Below are positions 42,984-52,032 of a stretch of DNA of 64,000 nt, in pieces. The notes beneath the pieces are model-generated. The model saw only the letters and a program-made list of their open reading frames with translations. It searched no databases and was not told the origin of the DNA. The stretch's first letter is position 1. Every line of letters starts with the position of its first letter. This DNA comes from a virus. Location: the IMG/VR virus record IMGVR_UViG_3300036770_008702, positions 19,952 through 83,951 of that record; one strand, 5' to 3'. Position numbers and translations under genes: made by a program.

Positions 42984-43514
42984 CTAGCTGCGGTCTCCGA
43001 GGCCTGGGGGATCGAAGCGATCTGCGGCCTCCGTCAGTAGATCGGTGACGTGCTGCTGCAGCACGGTCTGCACCAGGTGGGGCTCCACCCCGAGATCGGC
43101 GGCGATCATGCCGGACACCCGGGCGGGCCAATTCAGCAGCGCGTCGCGCATGGCACCGGCGATCTCGTCGATCGCGGCATTGGCGGTCACGGCGTCCAGC
43201 AGCCGGCCCTTGTCCTCGTCCAGCGCCATGCGCTGGGCTTCGACCTTGAGCGCCAGCTGGGCGACACGGAGCCTGGCGTAGGGCGTAGCATCGCCCGACA
43301 ACCCCGCCTGCGTGGTGCCCGCGCCCACAGCACCCGCCAGCGGCGATCGCACCGGGTCCGCCGTCTCGATCATGCGGCGCCGCGACTTCTCCACGTCCCA
43401 CTGGCCATCCGGCTCGCGCTCGATGCGGCCCTTGGCTTCCGCCTTGCGCAGGGCCGTCTCGGTGACGCCGATGCGTCGGGCCAGTTCGCGGGTGGACGGT
43501 GTCAGCTCCGACAT
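42984..43514 (-). CDS. Terminase small subunit (Nu1-like)
   Basis: N-terminal HTH STRELARRIGVTETALRKA; RDALLNWPARV; immediately upstream of terL. Confidence 0.82.
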   Translation of the reverse strand: MSELTPSTRELARRIGVTETALRKAEAKGRIEREPDGQWDVEKSRRRMIETADPVRSPLAGAVGAGTTQAGLSGDATPYARLRVAQLALKVEAQRMALDEDKGRLLDAVTANAAIDEIAGAMRDALLNWPARVSGMIAADLGVEPHLVQTVLQQHVTDLLTEAADRFDPPGLGDRS

Positions 43515-43639
43515 GGCGGCGACCTCCCGCCGCACGTGGCGCTCATTCTGCGCTCAATCCGACTTGGCTGTGCCGCGCTCCAGCGCGAAGTGTCCATCAC
43601 GCGCAGGGGACCAGACCCCGCCAGCCAGGAGCAGCACAG

Positions 43640-44008
43640 ATGGCAAACACCAGCATTCCGCAGACCCAGAACCGCGAATGGGGGTTCTTCGGGACCATCT
43701 CCCACCACGCCGACCCGGAACGCGCCTGGGACATTGCCCTGGCCTTCATCGCCGGCACCACCGGGTGCAGCCCCGAAGCCACGCGCGCCTTCCTCGACAG
43801 TCGCTACGGACGCCACTTCGCGGACGAGGTCAGCAACCACCTGGCGGCGGGCCAGGGACTGGCCAGCGCCATCAACGCCGCCGCGACCACCTGGATGGGT
43901 TGGCGGATCAGCGCCCGCACCGCCCACGAGACCGGCATCCCCCGCGGGCTCCCCTACCTGACCGGCTACGTCCTGCACGCCGAGATCGAGGCCGACACCA
44001 CCGACTGA
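43640..44008 (+). CDS. Hypothetical prophage protein
   Basis: AGGAG RBS; WGFFGTI...RAFLDSRYGRHFADEV. Confidence 0.78.
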   Translation: MANTSIPQTQNREWGFFGTISHHADPERAWDIALAFIAGTTGCSPEATRAFLDSRYGRHFADEVSNHLAAGQGLASAINAAATTWMGWRISARTAHETGIPRGLPYLTGYVLHAEIEADTTD

Positions 44009-44107
44009 CGCGCCGCCCTCCGCCACCGCCCCGACCGGGTTCCGCCCGGCGGGGCTCCAGGCAGTAGCAGCCCCTGGTGGTCAGGGGCGCGAGAGGGAGA
44101 TGCCCCG

Positions 44108-44911
44108 ATGGCCAAACTTTCCGACACCGCCCTGGTCCTGCTCAACAAGGCCGCCACCCGCGACGACCGCCTCGCCGAGCCGCCGAACCACCTGCCCGCT
44201 GCCGCTCGCAACGCGGTGGTGCGCAGCCTGCTGAAGCAGGGGCTGCTGATCGAGGACGCGGTGGCACTCAACCACCCCATGGCCTGGCGGACGGACGAGA
44301 GCGAAGCGGACCTGCGCTGCAGCATCGCGCTCCGCATCACCGACGCCGGTTTCCGCGCCCTGAACCTCGACCCGCCGGGCAACGAGCCGGAGGCCGGCAC
44401 TTCCGCCACAGAGGCGCCCACAGCGCCCGACGCGGCGGTGGTGCAGGCGGAGGCCATGGCCGTCGCAGACGCCCTGGAAGCCGCCCAGGGCGCGCCCGTG
44501 GCCGCGCCCCGCGCTAGCCTGCGCGACGCCGCTGCGACGGTGGTGGCCGCCTGGATGGACGAGACTAACCGCGAGACCGACATCATTGCGGCCCTCGAGG
44601 CCCCGATGGATGCCCTGCGCACCGCCCTGGCGGCGAAGCCCGGCCGCCCCGCACGCGAGCGCGGCGCGCCGCGCAAGCCGCGCGAGGGCACCAAGCAGGA
44701 GACGGTGCTGACAATGCTGCGCCGCGACGAGGGCGCCACGGTGGCCCAGATCGCCGAAGTTACGGGGTGGGTCTCCAACACTGTCCGCGGCTTTCTGGCG
44801 GGCCTGAAGAAGAAGGGCATCGAGATCGCCACGCTGGATCGAGTCCGGATGGTCGGGCCGAACAAGGACGGGTCCCGCGGGTCCTTCACCATCTACCACG
44901 TGGCCACCTGA
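44108..44911 (+). CDS. DUF3489-domain protein
   Basis: REGTKQETVLTMLRRDEGATVAQIAEVTGW..NTVRGFLAG. Confidence 0.87.
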   Translation: MAKLSDTALVLLNKAATRDDRLAEPPNHLPAAARNAVVRSLLKQGLLIEDAVALNHPMAWRTDESEADLRCSIALRITDAGFRALNLDPPGNEPEAGTSATEAPTAPDAAVVQAEAMAVADALEAAQGAPVAAPRASLRDAAATVVAAWMDETNRETDIIAALEAPMDALRTALAAKPGRPARERGAPRKPREGTKQETVLTMLRRDEGATVAQIAEVTGWVSNTVRGFLAGLKKKGIEIATLDRVRMVGPNKDGSRGSFTIYHVAT

Positions 44912-44921
44912 GGATACGGTG

Positions 44922-45278
44922 ATGCCTCGCGAGCGACGCTGGATCATCCTGGCTGCAGATGGCCGGCACTCAACCCTGGGGCGCAGCGCCCCACCAGGCG
45001 GGGAGGAGGTGGCGAAAGCCGCCTCCGCCCTCGCGGCGGTTGGGCTTGCCGGCTGGCTGGTGAGCCTCGAGAGCGACTACTGGTTGCGCCGGAAGCCGGT
45101 GGTGCTCACCATGATCCAGCCCCTGGCTCACGCCGCGGACGCCGACTGGCCCGCCGCGGCGGCGGCGTTTGAGGCCATGCGCATGGCCGCGACGTCGTCG
45201 AAGGTCCGGTCCTCGCCCTCCAGGATGGCGGGCTCGCCGGTGAAGGCCTGCCAACGCAGCAGCGCGACGTCGCAGTAG
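44922..45278 (+). CDS. Hypothetical prophage protein (3' end overlaps the methylase)
   Basis: MPRERRWIILAADGRHSTLGR; GAGG RBS after the DUF3489 stop. Confidence 0.55.
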   Translation: MPRERRWIILAADGRHSTLGRSAPPGGEEVAKAASALAAVGLAGWLVSLESDYWLRRKPVVLTMIQPLAHAADADWPAAAAAFEAMRMAATSSKVRSSPSRMAGSPVKACQRSSATSQ

Positions 45279-46429
45279 TCTGGGCTGATCTCCATCGCCA
45301 TGCACACACGCCCCGCCGTCTCGGCGGCGATGATCGTGGTGCCGCTGCCGCAGAACGGTTCATAGACACCGTCGCCAGCGATGCTGTTGTTCAGCATCGG
45401 CCGGCGCATTACCTCCACCGGCTTCTGCGTGCCGTGCACCGTGGCCGCGTCCTCGTCGCCGCTGGCTGTAGCCACGGACCACAAGGTGGTCTGGTCCCGC
45501 GCCCCCTGCCAATGGCCGGTCTTGCCGTCGCGCACAGCGTAGAAGCACGGCTCGTGCTGCCAGTGGTAGTCGCCGCGCCCAAGCACCAGCCGGGACTTCG
45601 CCCAGATGATCTGCGAGCGGATGCCGAACCCGGCGGCCTCGAGGCTCTCCGCGACGACGCGGGCGTTGCGCCCGGCATGCCAGATGTAGGCCACGTCGCC
45701 TGGGAACAGCGCCCAGGCCTCGCGCCAGTCGGCGCGGTGATCGTTCGGCACTCGGCCGACGCGGGCGGTGGCCGAAACGCCGGCCTCGTTGCGCCAGGTC
45801 GGGTCGTAGTCCACCCCGTACGGGGGATCGCTGACGAGCAGGTGGGGCTTGGTGCCGGCCAGCAGTCGCTGCACGTCCGCGGCGGCCGTTGCGTCGCCGC
45901 AGAGCAGCCGATGCCGCCCCAGGCGCCACAACTCACCCGACCGCGTTACCGGCACAGGGGGCGGTTCCGGTGCCGGCGCGTCCTCATCGGCTCCGCCGCC
46001 CGTGCCTCCATCCAGCCCTGCATCGGCCAGCAACGCATCGAGTGCCGCCTGGTCGAAGCCCAACAGCGCCAAGTCGAAGCCATCATCTCGGATCCGCGCG
46101 AGTTCGGCGGCCAGCAGCGCCTCGTCCCAGCCCGAGTTCAGGGCGATCTGGTTGTCGGCCAAACGCAGGGCCCGCGCCTGTGCCTCGGTCAGGTGCGCCA
46201 GACGGATTGCCGGCACCGATGCCAGGCCCAGGCGCTTCGCTGCCAGCACGCGGCCATGCCCAGCCACCAGCACGCCAGCCGCGTCGACCAACACCGGGTT
46301 CACGAAGCCGAACTCGGCGATGGAGGCGGCGATCTGCGCCACCTGCGCGTCAGAATGGGTGCGAGCGTTGGCGGCATACGGCACCAGCGACGCCACCGGT
46401 ACCGCCACCACGGCGAGATCAGCCTGCAT
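45128..46429 (-). CDS. ParB-N domain / N4-N6 DNA methyltransferase (beta class)
   Basis: NARTHS..QIAASIAEFGF, AGHGR, SDPPY, HGTQKPV, EPFCGSGTT. Confidence 0.93.
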   Translation of the reverse strand: MQADLAVVAVPVASLVPYAANARTHSDAQVAQIAASIAEFGFVNPVLVDAAGVLVAGHGRVLAAKRLGLASVPAIRLAHLTEAQARALRLADNQIALNSGWDEALLAAELARIRDDGFDLALLGFDQAALDALLADAGLDGGTGGGADEDAPAPEPPPVPVTRSGELWRLGRHRLLCGDATAAADVQRLLAGTKPHLLVSDPPYGVDYDPTWRNEAGVSATARVGRVPNDHRADWREAWALFPGDVAYIWHAGRNARVVAESLEAAGFGIRSQIIWAKSRLVLGRGDYHWQHEPCFYAVRDGKTGHWQGARDQTTLWSVATASGDEDAATVHGTQKPVEVMRRPMLNNSIAGDGVYEPFCGSGTTIIAAETAGRVCMAMEISPDYCDVALLRWQAFTGEPAILEGEDRTFDDVAAMRMASNAAAAAGQSASAA

Positions 46430-47891
46430 CAGCGGCCTCCATCACCTGAGTGCGTTCCGCGCTCACGGCGTCGTAGTCCCGGCCGTCGCCATCGAGGGTG
46501 ACCGGCAGATCGGGATGGTTTTGCCGCCAGCGCGCGATCGCCAGGTCGACATAGGCCGCCGCCAGTTCGATCGCCCGCACGCGCCGCCCGGTGCGTTGCC
46601 CTGCCAGCAACGTCGTGCCGGAGCCGCAGAACGGCTCGAACACCAGATCGCCGGCATTGGCGTAGGTTTCCATCAGGAACGCCGGCAGCTTCACCGGGAA
46701 CACCGCGGGGTGCTCGGTCTCGATGCCGCGCTCCTTGTGCCGCGTGATGCGCACCACGTTGTCCGGGATCCGGAAGTCCTGGATCGGCCGGCCTTCGTGC
46801 GAGTTGCCGCTCATCGTGCCGTCCGCCCGACGCAGGCCCGACATCAGCAGCGGATCGCCCGCCCATTTGCAGGGCACGATCTTGTTCGCCTGCCGCGCCT
46901 GCCGGTTGAAGTGGAACAGGAACTCGAAGCTCGGCGCGAGGCGGCCATTCCAGTCGCCGGGCAGGCCAGGGCCTTGGTCCCAGACATACCAGCCGAACCG
47001 GCGCCAGCCGGCCGTGCGCATCCACTCGATCCAACCCTGCCAGTAGGGGTGCCACTCGTTGTCACGATGGGTGAGGCCGAGGTTCACCAGGATCTGGCCG
47101 TCATGGGCGAGGGCGTCGCCTGCGTGCTGGAACACGCCGCGCATCAGCGCATCCCAGTCGCCGATGCCGCCGGTGGTGTAGTTGCGCTGGCTGCCATACG
47201 GCGGCGAGGTGAACAGCAGGGCCGCGCGTTCCCCGGCCATGATGCGCGCGACGGTGGTCGGGTCGGTGCTGTCGCCGCAGGCGAGGCGATGGTCACCGAG
47301 GCACCAGACATCGCCAACGCGGGCGACAGCGACGCGCGGCGGTTCAGCCGCTGCATCGGCGGGATCGTCGTCCTCAACACCGCCATCGGCGGCCACGGCC
47401 GCGCCATGGCCTTCGGCGTCGGAGCCGTCCGGCTCATCTCGCGCGTCGCCATCCGTGACGGCATCGTCCGCGGCGGCCAGGATCGCGCCGATCTCCTCTT
47501 GCGAAAAGCCGATGGCCAAGAGATCGACCTCGCCCGCCTGCTGCAGTCCGGCCAGTGCATCGCGCAGCAGCGCCTGGTCCCAGGTGGCGTTCTCGGCGAT
47601 GCGGTTGTCGGCCAGCCGCAGCGCCTCCTTCTGTGCCGGCGACAGGTGCTTCAGCACGATGACCGGCACCTTGGTGACGCCCAGGGCCTGCGCCGCGTCC
47701 AGTCGGCCGTGGCCGGCGATCAGCACGCCGCCCTCATCGACCAGCAGCGGGTTGGTGAAGCCGAACGCCAGCATGCTGGCCTTGATCTGCTCGATCTGCT
47801 CGGCCGAGTGCAACCGGGCATTGCCGGCGTGCGCGCGCAGCTCGCCCACCGGACGCAGCACGATCTTCGCGGCCATCCAGGGGAGGGTCAT
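46419..47891 (-). CDS. ParB-N domain / N4-N6 DNA methyltransferase (beta class, SPPY)
   Basis: NARLHS, AGHGR, FTSPPY, HPAVFP, EPFCGSGTT; start taken at MTLPWM. Confidence 0.92.
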   Translation of the reverse strand: MTLPWMAAKIVLRPVGELRAHAGNARLHSAEQIEQIKASMLAFGFTNPLLVDEGGVLIAGHGRLDAAQALGVTKVPVIVLKHLSPAQKEALRLADNRIAENATWDQALLRDALAGLQQAGEVDLLAIGFSQEEIGAILAAADDAVTDGDARDEPDGSDAEGHGAAVAADGGVEDDDPADAAAEPPRVAVARVGDVWCLGDHRLACGDSTDPTTVARIMAGERAALLFTSPPYGSQRNYTTGGIGDWDALMRGVFQHAGDALAHDGQILVNLGLTHRDNEWHPYWQGWIEWMRTAGWRRFGWYVWDQGPGLPGDWNGRLAPSFEFLFHFNRQARQANKIVPCKWAGDPLLMSGLRRADGTMSGNSHEGRPIQDFRIPDNVVRITRHKERGIETEHPAVFPVKLPAFLMETYANAGDLVFEPFCGSGTTLLAGQRTGRRVRAIELAAAYVDLAIARWRQNHPDLPVTLDGDGRDYDAVSAERTQVMEAADAG

Positions 47892-48019
47892 CGGCGGCAT
47901 CCGGATTGTGGAAAGTGCGAACTGCGGGGGAAACGGCGCGGCCAGAAGTGGCGGAGTTCCGCGGGCTGGTGGGCGGTGCCTGCGCACCGCGCACCAAAAT
48001 TGAGACCTGGCGCTAGGGG

Positions 48020-48067
48020 TCTATCGCGCGCCGTCCCCCCGCATCGATCCGGCCCAGGAAGGAACCC
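48020..48067 (-). other. Putative cos (cosQ/cosN-like) packaging site
   Basis: Minus strand GGGTTCCTTCCTGGGCCGGATCGATGCGGG|GGGACGGCGCGC resembles lambda GGGTCCTTTCCGG...TTACG|GGGCGGCGACCT in sequence and spacing (lambda recalled from memory); intergenic, at the early/late boundary. Confidence 0.5.
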
Positions 48068-48235
48068 TCGGATCGACGCTGGTGGGGTGGGCCGTTCGGT
48101 CCGCCCAGGGCTGAGCGGACCTTTTTACAGTAGACAGATAATAGCCTTGCGGATTTGGGCTGTGCAACACGACATTCTTTCGCATTTCTACGCGCAACTA
48201 CGCTGTCCGCATTTTTCTTTGCCCGCACAAGCCAC

Positions 48236-48793
48236 TCATGCCGCTCGCCGGCGTGTCAGCAGGCCGAAGTGAACCGCCAGCACACCCAAGGCCGCGGCCA
48301 GCATGCCCTGCGCGTTCTGCGGCGCGATCGGCCGACCTGACCAGCCCTGCCGCAATGCCCATTCCCGCACCGATGCCTCACAGCCGAGGACGTGCCAGGC
48401 GCAGGAGCCGACCGCCGTGTCATGGCCACCGAGCACATCCATGGCGTCGGCAATCTTGATCCTGGCGTGCACGTTGGTTTCCGACAGGTGATCCACCCGC
48501 TGTCCCGGCATCCGCAGGAAGGACGTCGTCATCACGCGATCGATCGCCGCCTTGCGGAACAGGGCCCGGAACAGCAAGCCGGTGTCATAGAGCTCCTGAC
48601 TGATCGTGCCGTTTCGCAGCATCATCCCGAGCGTGTCGACCGCCCGGTGGTGCGTGACCACACGACCAGTATCCGGGTCGGCGTCGTAGCTGGGCGGCTC
48701 GAACGCGGAATGCTGCTGTCGCCACTGCGACGGCTTCGAGAGGTCCTCCAGCACGGGCAGTGCGATCTTGAACCGACGCTTCCTAGCGGCCAT
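48236..48793 (-). CDS. Hypothetical protein, DUF6456-like / putative late-gene regulator
   Basis: DTLGMMLRNGTI, SCAWHVLGCEASVREWA; last early gene, at the position of lambda Q. Confidence 0.72.
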   Translation of the reverse strand: MAARKRRFKIALPVLEDLSKPSQWRQQHSAFEPPSYDADPDTGRVVTHHRAVDTLGMMLRNGTISQELYDTGLLFRALFRKAAIDRVMTTSFLRMPGQRVDHLSETNVHARIKIADAMDVLGGHDTAVGSCAWHVLGCEASVREWALRQGWSGRPIAPQNAQGMLAAALGVLAVHFGLLTRRRAA

Positions 48794-49010
48794 GGCCGTG
48801 TCCTCCGTTGCGGCGTCCCCACCGTCGGGTGGCTTCGTTGGCGATCGCCTGGCGCAGCCAAGGATCGGTGATCTCGGAGATGTTCAGCGCGGCCACGCCG
48901 TGCTGGTGCCACGCCTGCCGGCGCATGGCGTCGAGCCTGGTGGCGTCGGTCGGCGTGCGGGCCCGATCCAGGCAGGAGCGCGGCGCCCGTGGTGCACCGG
49001 GCAGGCTCAT
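48783..49010 (-). CDS. Small hypothetical phage protein
   Basis: MSLPGAP...DPWLRQAIANEATRRWG; translationally coupled on both sides. Confidence 0.65.
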   Translation of the reverse strand: MSLPGAPRAPRSCLDRARTPTDATRLDAMRRQAWHQHGVAALNISEITDPWLRQAIANEATRRWGRRNGGHGHGR

Positions 49011-49621
49011 GCCATGCCTCCCGTGCCGGTGGTGGCCCAGAGCAGCAGGGCCAGTGCATCGGCTTCGTTGTCGTCGACCGGCTCGAAGCCGCGAGCCTGC
49101 ATGGCCGCGATCACGGCTGCCTTGTCGGCGTTGCCGCGGCCGGTTGCGAAGCGCTTGATCGTGCCCACCGGGACGCCCTGGTAGGGGACGCCGGCCTGCT
49201 CGCACCAGGCGCTCAGATGCGCCAGGAAGCCGCCATAGACGTGGGCCGCAGTGGTGCCGGCATGGCGACGCACCTCCTCGAACACGATGCTGCCGAACGG
49301 CCCTGCGGTCGTGGCCATGCCGTCGAGCCAGCGGCGGAAGCGCAGCCACGCCATGCCACCGCCCTCGAACCGGCTTGGCCGGAAGGTCGCGGTGCCCGAG
49401 GTGATGCTGCGGTCGGTCAGCTGGACGGCCCAGCCGAGCGTGCTGCCGAGGTCCAGGCTGAGCAGGCTGGCAGGCGGATTATTCGTTTCGATGACGGATG
49501 TGACGGGTGTTCCGGAAACACCCGTTACGCGCGTGCGCATGCGCGCGCGAACGGGTATTTGGGGGCAATCCGTCACATCCGTCATCGCAACATTACGAAG
49601 GGCGCGCAAAGTGGCGTTCAT
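49007..49621 (-). CDS. RuvC-like Holliday junction resolvase
   Basis: LSLDLGSTLGWA, VFEEVRRH, VPVGTIKRFATGRGNADK, DDNEADALA. Confidence 0.85.
   Translation of the reverse strand: MNATLRALRNVAMTDVTDCPQIPVRARMRTRVTGVSGTPVTSVIETNNPPASLLSLDLGSTLGWAVQLTDRSITSGTATFRPSRFEGGGMAWLRFRRWLDGMATTAGPFGSIVFEEVRRHAGTTAAHVYGGFLAHLSAWCEQAGVPYQGVPVGTIKRFATGRGNADKAAVIAAMQARGFEPVDDNEADALALLLWATTGTGGMA
49489..49587. repeat. Nested inverted repeat (18-bp perfect arms), candidate replication origin
   Basis: CGATGACGGATGTGACGG (49489-49506) and CCGTCACATCCGTCATCG (49570-49587), with inner ACCCGTT/AACGGGT arms around a CG-alternating core. Confidence 0.8.
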
Positions 49622-49636
49622 TGCTGTTGTCCTCGA

Positions 49637-52027
49637 TCAGAACTGCATGGGTCCGGTGGGGGGGAGGGGCTCGCGCAGGCGCAGCCCGCGGAAGCGGCGT
49701 GCACCGCCATCGCGCTGGGGCTGGAAGCCGCGATTGATCAGGGCGTCGGAGAAGCGCTTGCTGGAGCCGACGTACTCGCCACCCGCCTCGGCCCAGGATT
49801 TCCAGCTGGCAAAGAGCTGACCGGTGATCTCGATGTGGCGGGTGCCGGTTTCGCAGCATTCGTCGAGCCAGCGTCCGATGGCGTCCTCGGCCTCGAAATA
49901 CTCGTCCGTGGCGGCGAGCACGGTGGCGGGGGGACGCAGGCCAAGCCGCTGCCATTCGAGGCAGCCCTGCAGCGCCCAGGCGAGGATGCCGTCGCGCTCG
50001 GCCAGCAGGCGCTCCGGCAGCCGCTTGTCGCGCCGGGCCGGCGGGATGGTGACGGTGAACGGTACCATGTGCAGCCGGCGGCGCATCGCCTCGTCGACGT
50101 TGCGGATCGACGGCTTGTGGTTGCCGGCGACCAGGAGCTTGAACTGGGGGGTGAACTCGAAGAAGTCCTGCCGCATGAAGCGGGCGGTGATGCGGTCGCC
50201 GCCGGTCAGCGCCTTGAGCTTGTTCTCGGCCCAGCGGCTGCCCTGCTCGGTCTCGATGGAGGTGACGATGCGGGCGCCGCGCAGCCCCGCCATGTCGGTG
50301 GGGTGGCGGTCGCCGTGGGTGGCCATGAACATGTCCATCGGCGCCACGGTGGCGTAGTCCCCGAGGATCTCGGTCAGGGTGTTCACGAACACCGATTTGC
50401 CATTGGCGCCGGTGCCGTAGAGGAAGAACAGCGCGTGCTCGGTTGTCACCCCCGTGAGGCCGTAGCCGACGACGCGCTGGAGATAGGCTTGCAGGTCGGT
50501 GTCCCCGCCGGTGACCTGCGCCAGGAACGCCAGCCAGGCCGGACAGCCGCCCTGCGGCGTGGCGGTGGCGATCTTGGTCATGCACAGGGCGCGATCGTGC
50601 GGCGCGGTGGCGCCGGTGCGGAGATCGACGATGCCGGCCGGCGTGTTCAGCAGCCACGGGTCGCGATCCCATATCTCGGCTGTGGTGGCATGCCGGCGAT
50701 CGGCCCGGGCGAGCCGCTCGACCGCGGCCACGGTGGACGCCTGGGACAGCCTGGTGCGGACCTTGGCGCTGTTCGCCCGGTTGGCGGCGGCGCGGCAGAC
50801 GCGGCGTGCCAAGTCGAACGCGCGCAGCGTGCCCTCGCGCTCCCAGCGTCCGCCCGTCCAGGTCAGCCAGGCGCCCCAGATGGCGACGTGGCGCCAGTCG
50901 TCCCCGTGCTGGGTACTGAACTCGGCGGCGAGCGCGTCCTCGGTGAACCCCACCGGCAACGGCTCGTCGTTGGCGGCCGCGCCGGCAGCGTCGGGGGCGC
51001 CATCGGCACCGTCGGCTCCGTCGGCACCGGCGTGGGCCGCACCGTCGCGGCGCCACAGCCGCTCGGCCTCCTGGCGCAACCGGTCCTCCGGCCAGGGCGG
51101 GTCGATGCGCGCGGCGTTGTAGTCGCAGATCTCCTGCCAGGCCTGAACCGGCGTGGCATGGCCCTCGCGGCAGCGGCGGATCCAGTAGCCGATGATGCGG
51201 GACAGCGCCTCGAAGCGGGTGACGCCGTCAGCGCCGCCCTCGCGGATGCGCTGGCCGAACAATTCGGCGACCTCGCCGCGCGCGGTGGCCGCACCGTTGA
51301 AGTCCAGCGGATCGGCACCGGGGTCCATCGCGACATCGCTGCCGACGCCGGGCAGGGGCGGCATGGCCATCACCGCCTCGGCGAATTCGGCGAGATCGCG
51401 GTCGTGGCCCTCGGACGGCGCAATGGCTACGAGACGCCGGGTGGCGGCCTTGGCGTGGAGGGAGCCAGCCACGCGGATCGGCTGATGCGCGGAGCGGAAC
51501 GCCGGGTCTCCACCCACCTTGACCGCGATGGCATGGCGCAACCGGCAGACCGTGGCGAGGTCGGTGTCGACGGCCGGCTCGGTGAGCCGCCAGTAGAGAT
51601 GCAACTTGGCCTGGCCCTCGGGGGTGACGCCGCCGGAGGCCACCTCGAGGCCAGGAGCGCCGAGGTGGTGCACCAGGTGCGCCCGCTTGGCCGAGATGTC
51701 GCCCTGGTCGAGGTCGACCAGGATCACCTGCATCTGCGCGACATGCTCGGCGCTGGCGAGCCCGCTGGCGCTGACGGTGCCGGGGATGACGTACAACGCC
51801 ATGCCGGCGTCAGCGGCCCATTGCGCCTGGACGGCCAGCTTGGCCGGCAGGTCGGTGTCGGCTGGCAGGAAGGGCGTGTGCGGCGGCCGGTCGGGCCCGC
51901 CCTTCTCGGCGAGCGCCCGCACCGCCACCCAGCCATCGCACCAGCCGAACACGAACTCGGCGTAGGCGGCGACCATAACGGGATCGATGGCAATTGCGGC
52001 GGTGGCGCCGGGCGGATCGTTCAGCAT
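49637..52027 (-). CDS. Primase-helicase (RepB-like primase + D5_N + SF3/P4-family helicase)
   Basis: VDLD, SGG, HLYW, QPIRVAGS primase motifs; LYGTGANGKSVF Walker A, KALTGGD, GNHKP. Confidence 0.92.
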   Translation of the reverse strand: MLNDPPGATAAIAIDPVMVAAYAEFVFGWCDGWVAVRALAEKGGPDRPPHTPFLPADTDLPAKLAVQAQWAADAGMALYVIPGTVSASGLASAEHVAQMQVILVDLDQGDISAKRAHLVHHLGAPGLEVASGGVTPEGQAKLHLYWRLTEPAVDTDLATVCRLRHAIAVKVGGDPAFRSAHQPIRVAGSLHAKAATRRLVAIAPSEGHDRDLAEFAEAVMAMPPLPGVGSDVAMDPGADPLDFNGAATARGEVAELFGQRIREGGADGVTRFEALSRIIGYWIRRCREGHATPVQAWQEICDYNAARIDPPWPEDRLRQEAERLWRRDGAAHAGADGADGADGAPDAAGAAANDEPLPVGFTEDALAAEFSTQHGDDWRHVAIWGAWLTWTGGRWEREGTLRAFDLARRVCRAAANRANSAKVRTRLSQASTVAAVERLARADRRHATTAEIWDRDPWLLNTPAGIVDLRTGATAPHDRALCMTKIATATPQGGCPAWLAFLAQVTGGDTDLQAYLQRVVGYGLTGVTTEHALFFLYGTGANGKSVFVNTLTEILGDYATVAPMDMFMATHGDRHPTDMAGLRGARIVTSIETEQGSRWAENKLKALTGGDRITARFMRQDFFEFTPQFKLLVAGNHKPSIRNVDEAMRRRLHMVPFTVTIPPARRDKRLPERLLAERDGILAWALQGCLEWQRLGLRPPATVLAATDEYFEAEDAIGRWLDECCETGTRHIEITGQLFASWKSWAEAGGEYVGSSKRFSDALINRGFQPQRDGGARRFRGLRLREPLPPTGPMQF

Positions 52028-52032
52028 CGCGC

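Noticed and set aside
42949-43040. TerS-TerL frameshift fusion (the terL frame is open ~28 codons upstream of its ATG)
   Set aside because: I saw no slippery sequence; a short open extension is unremarkable in GC-rich DNA.
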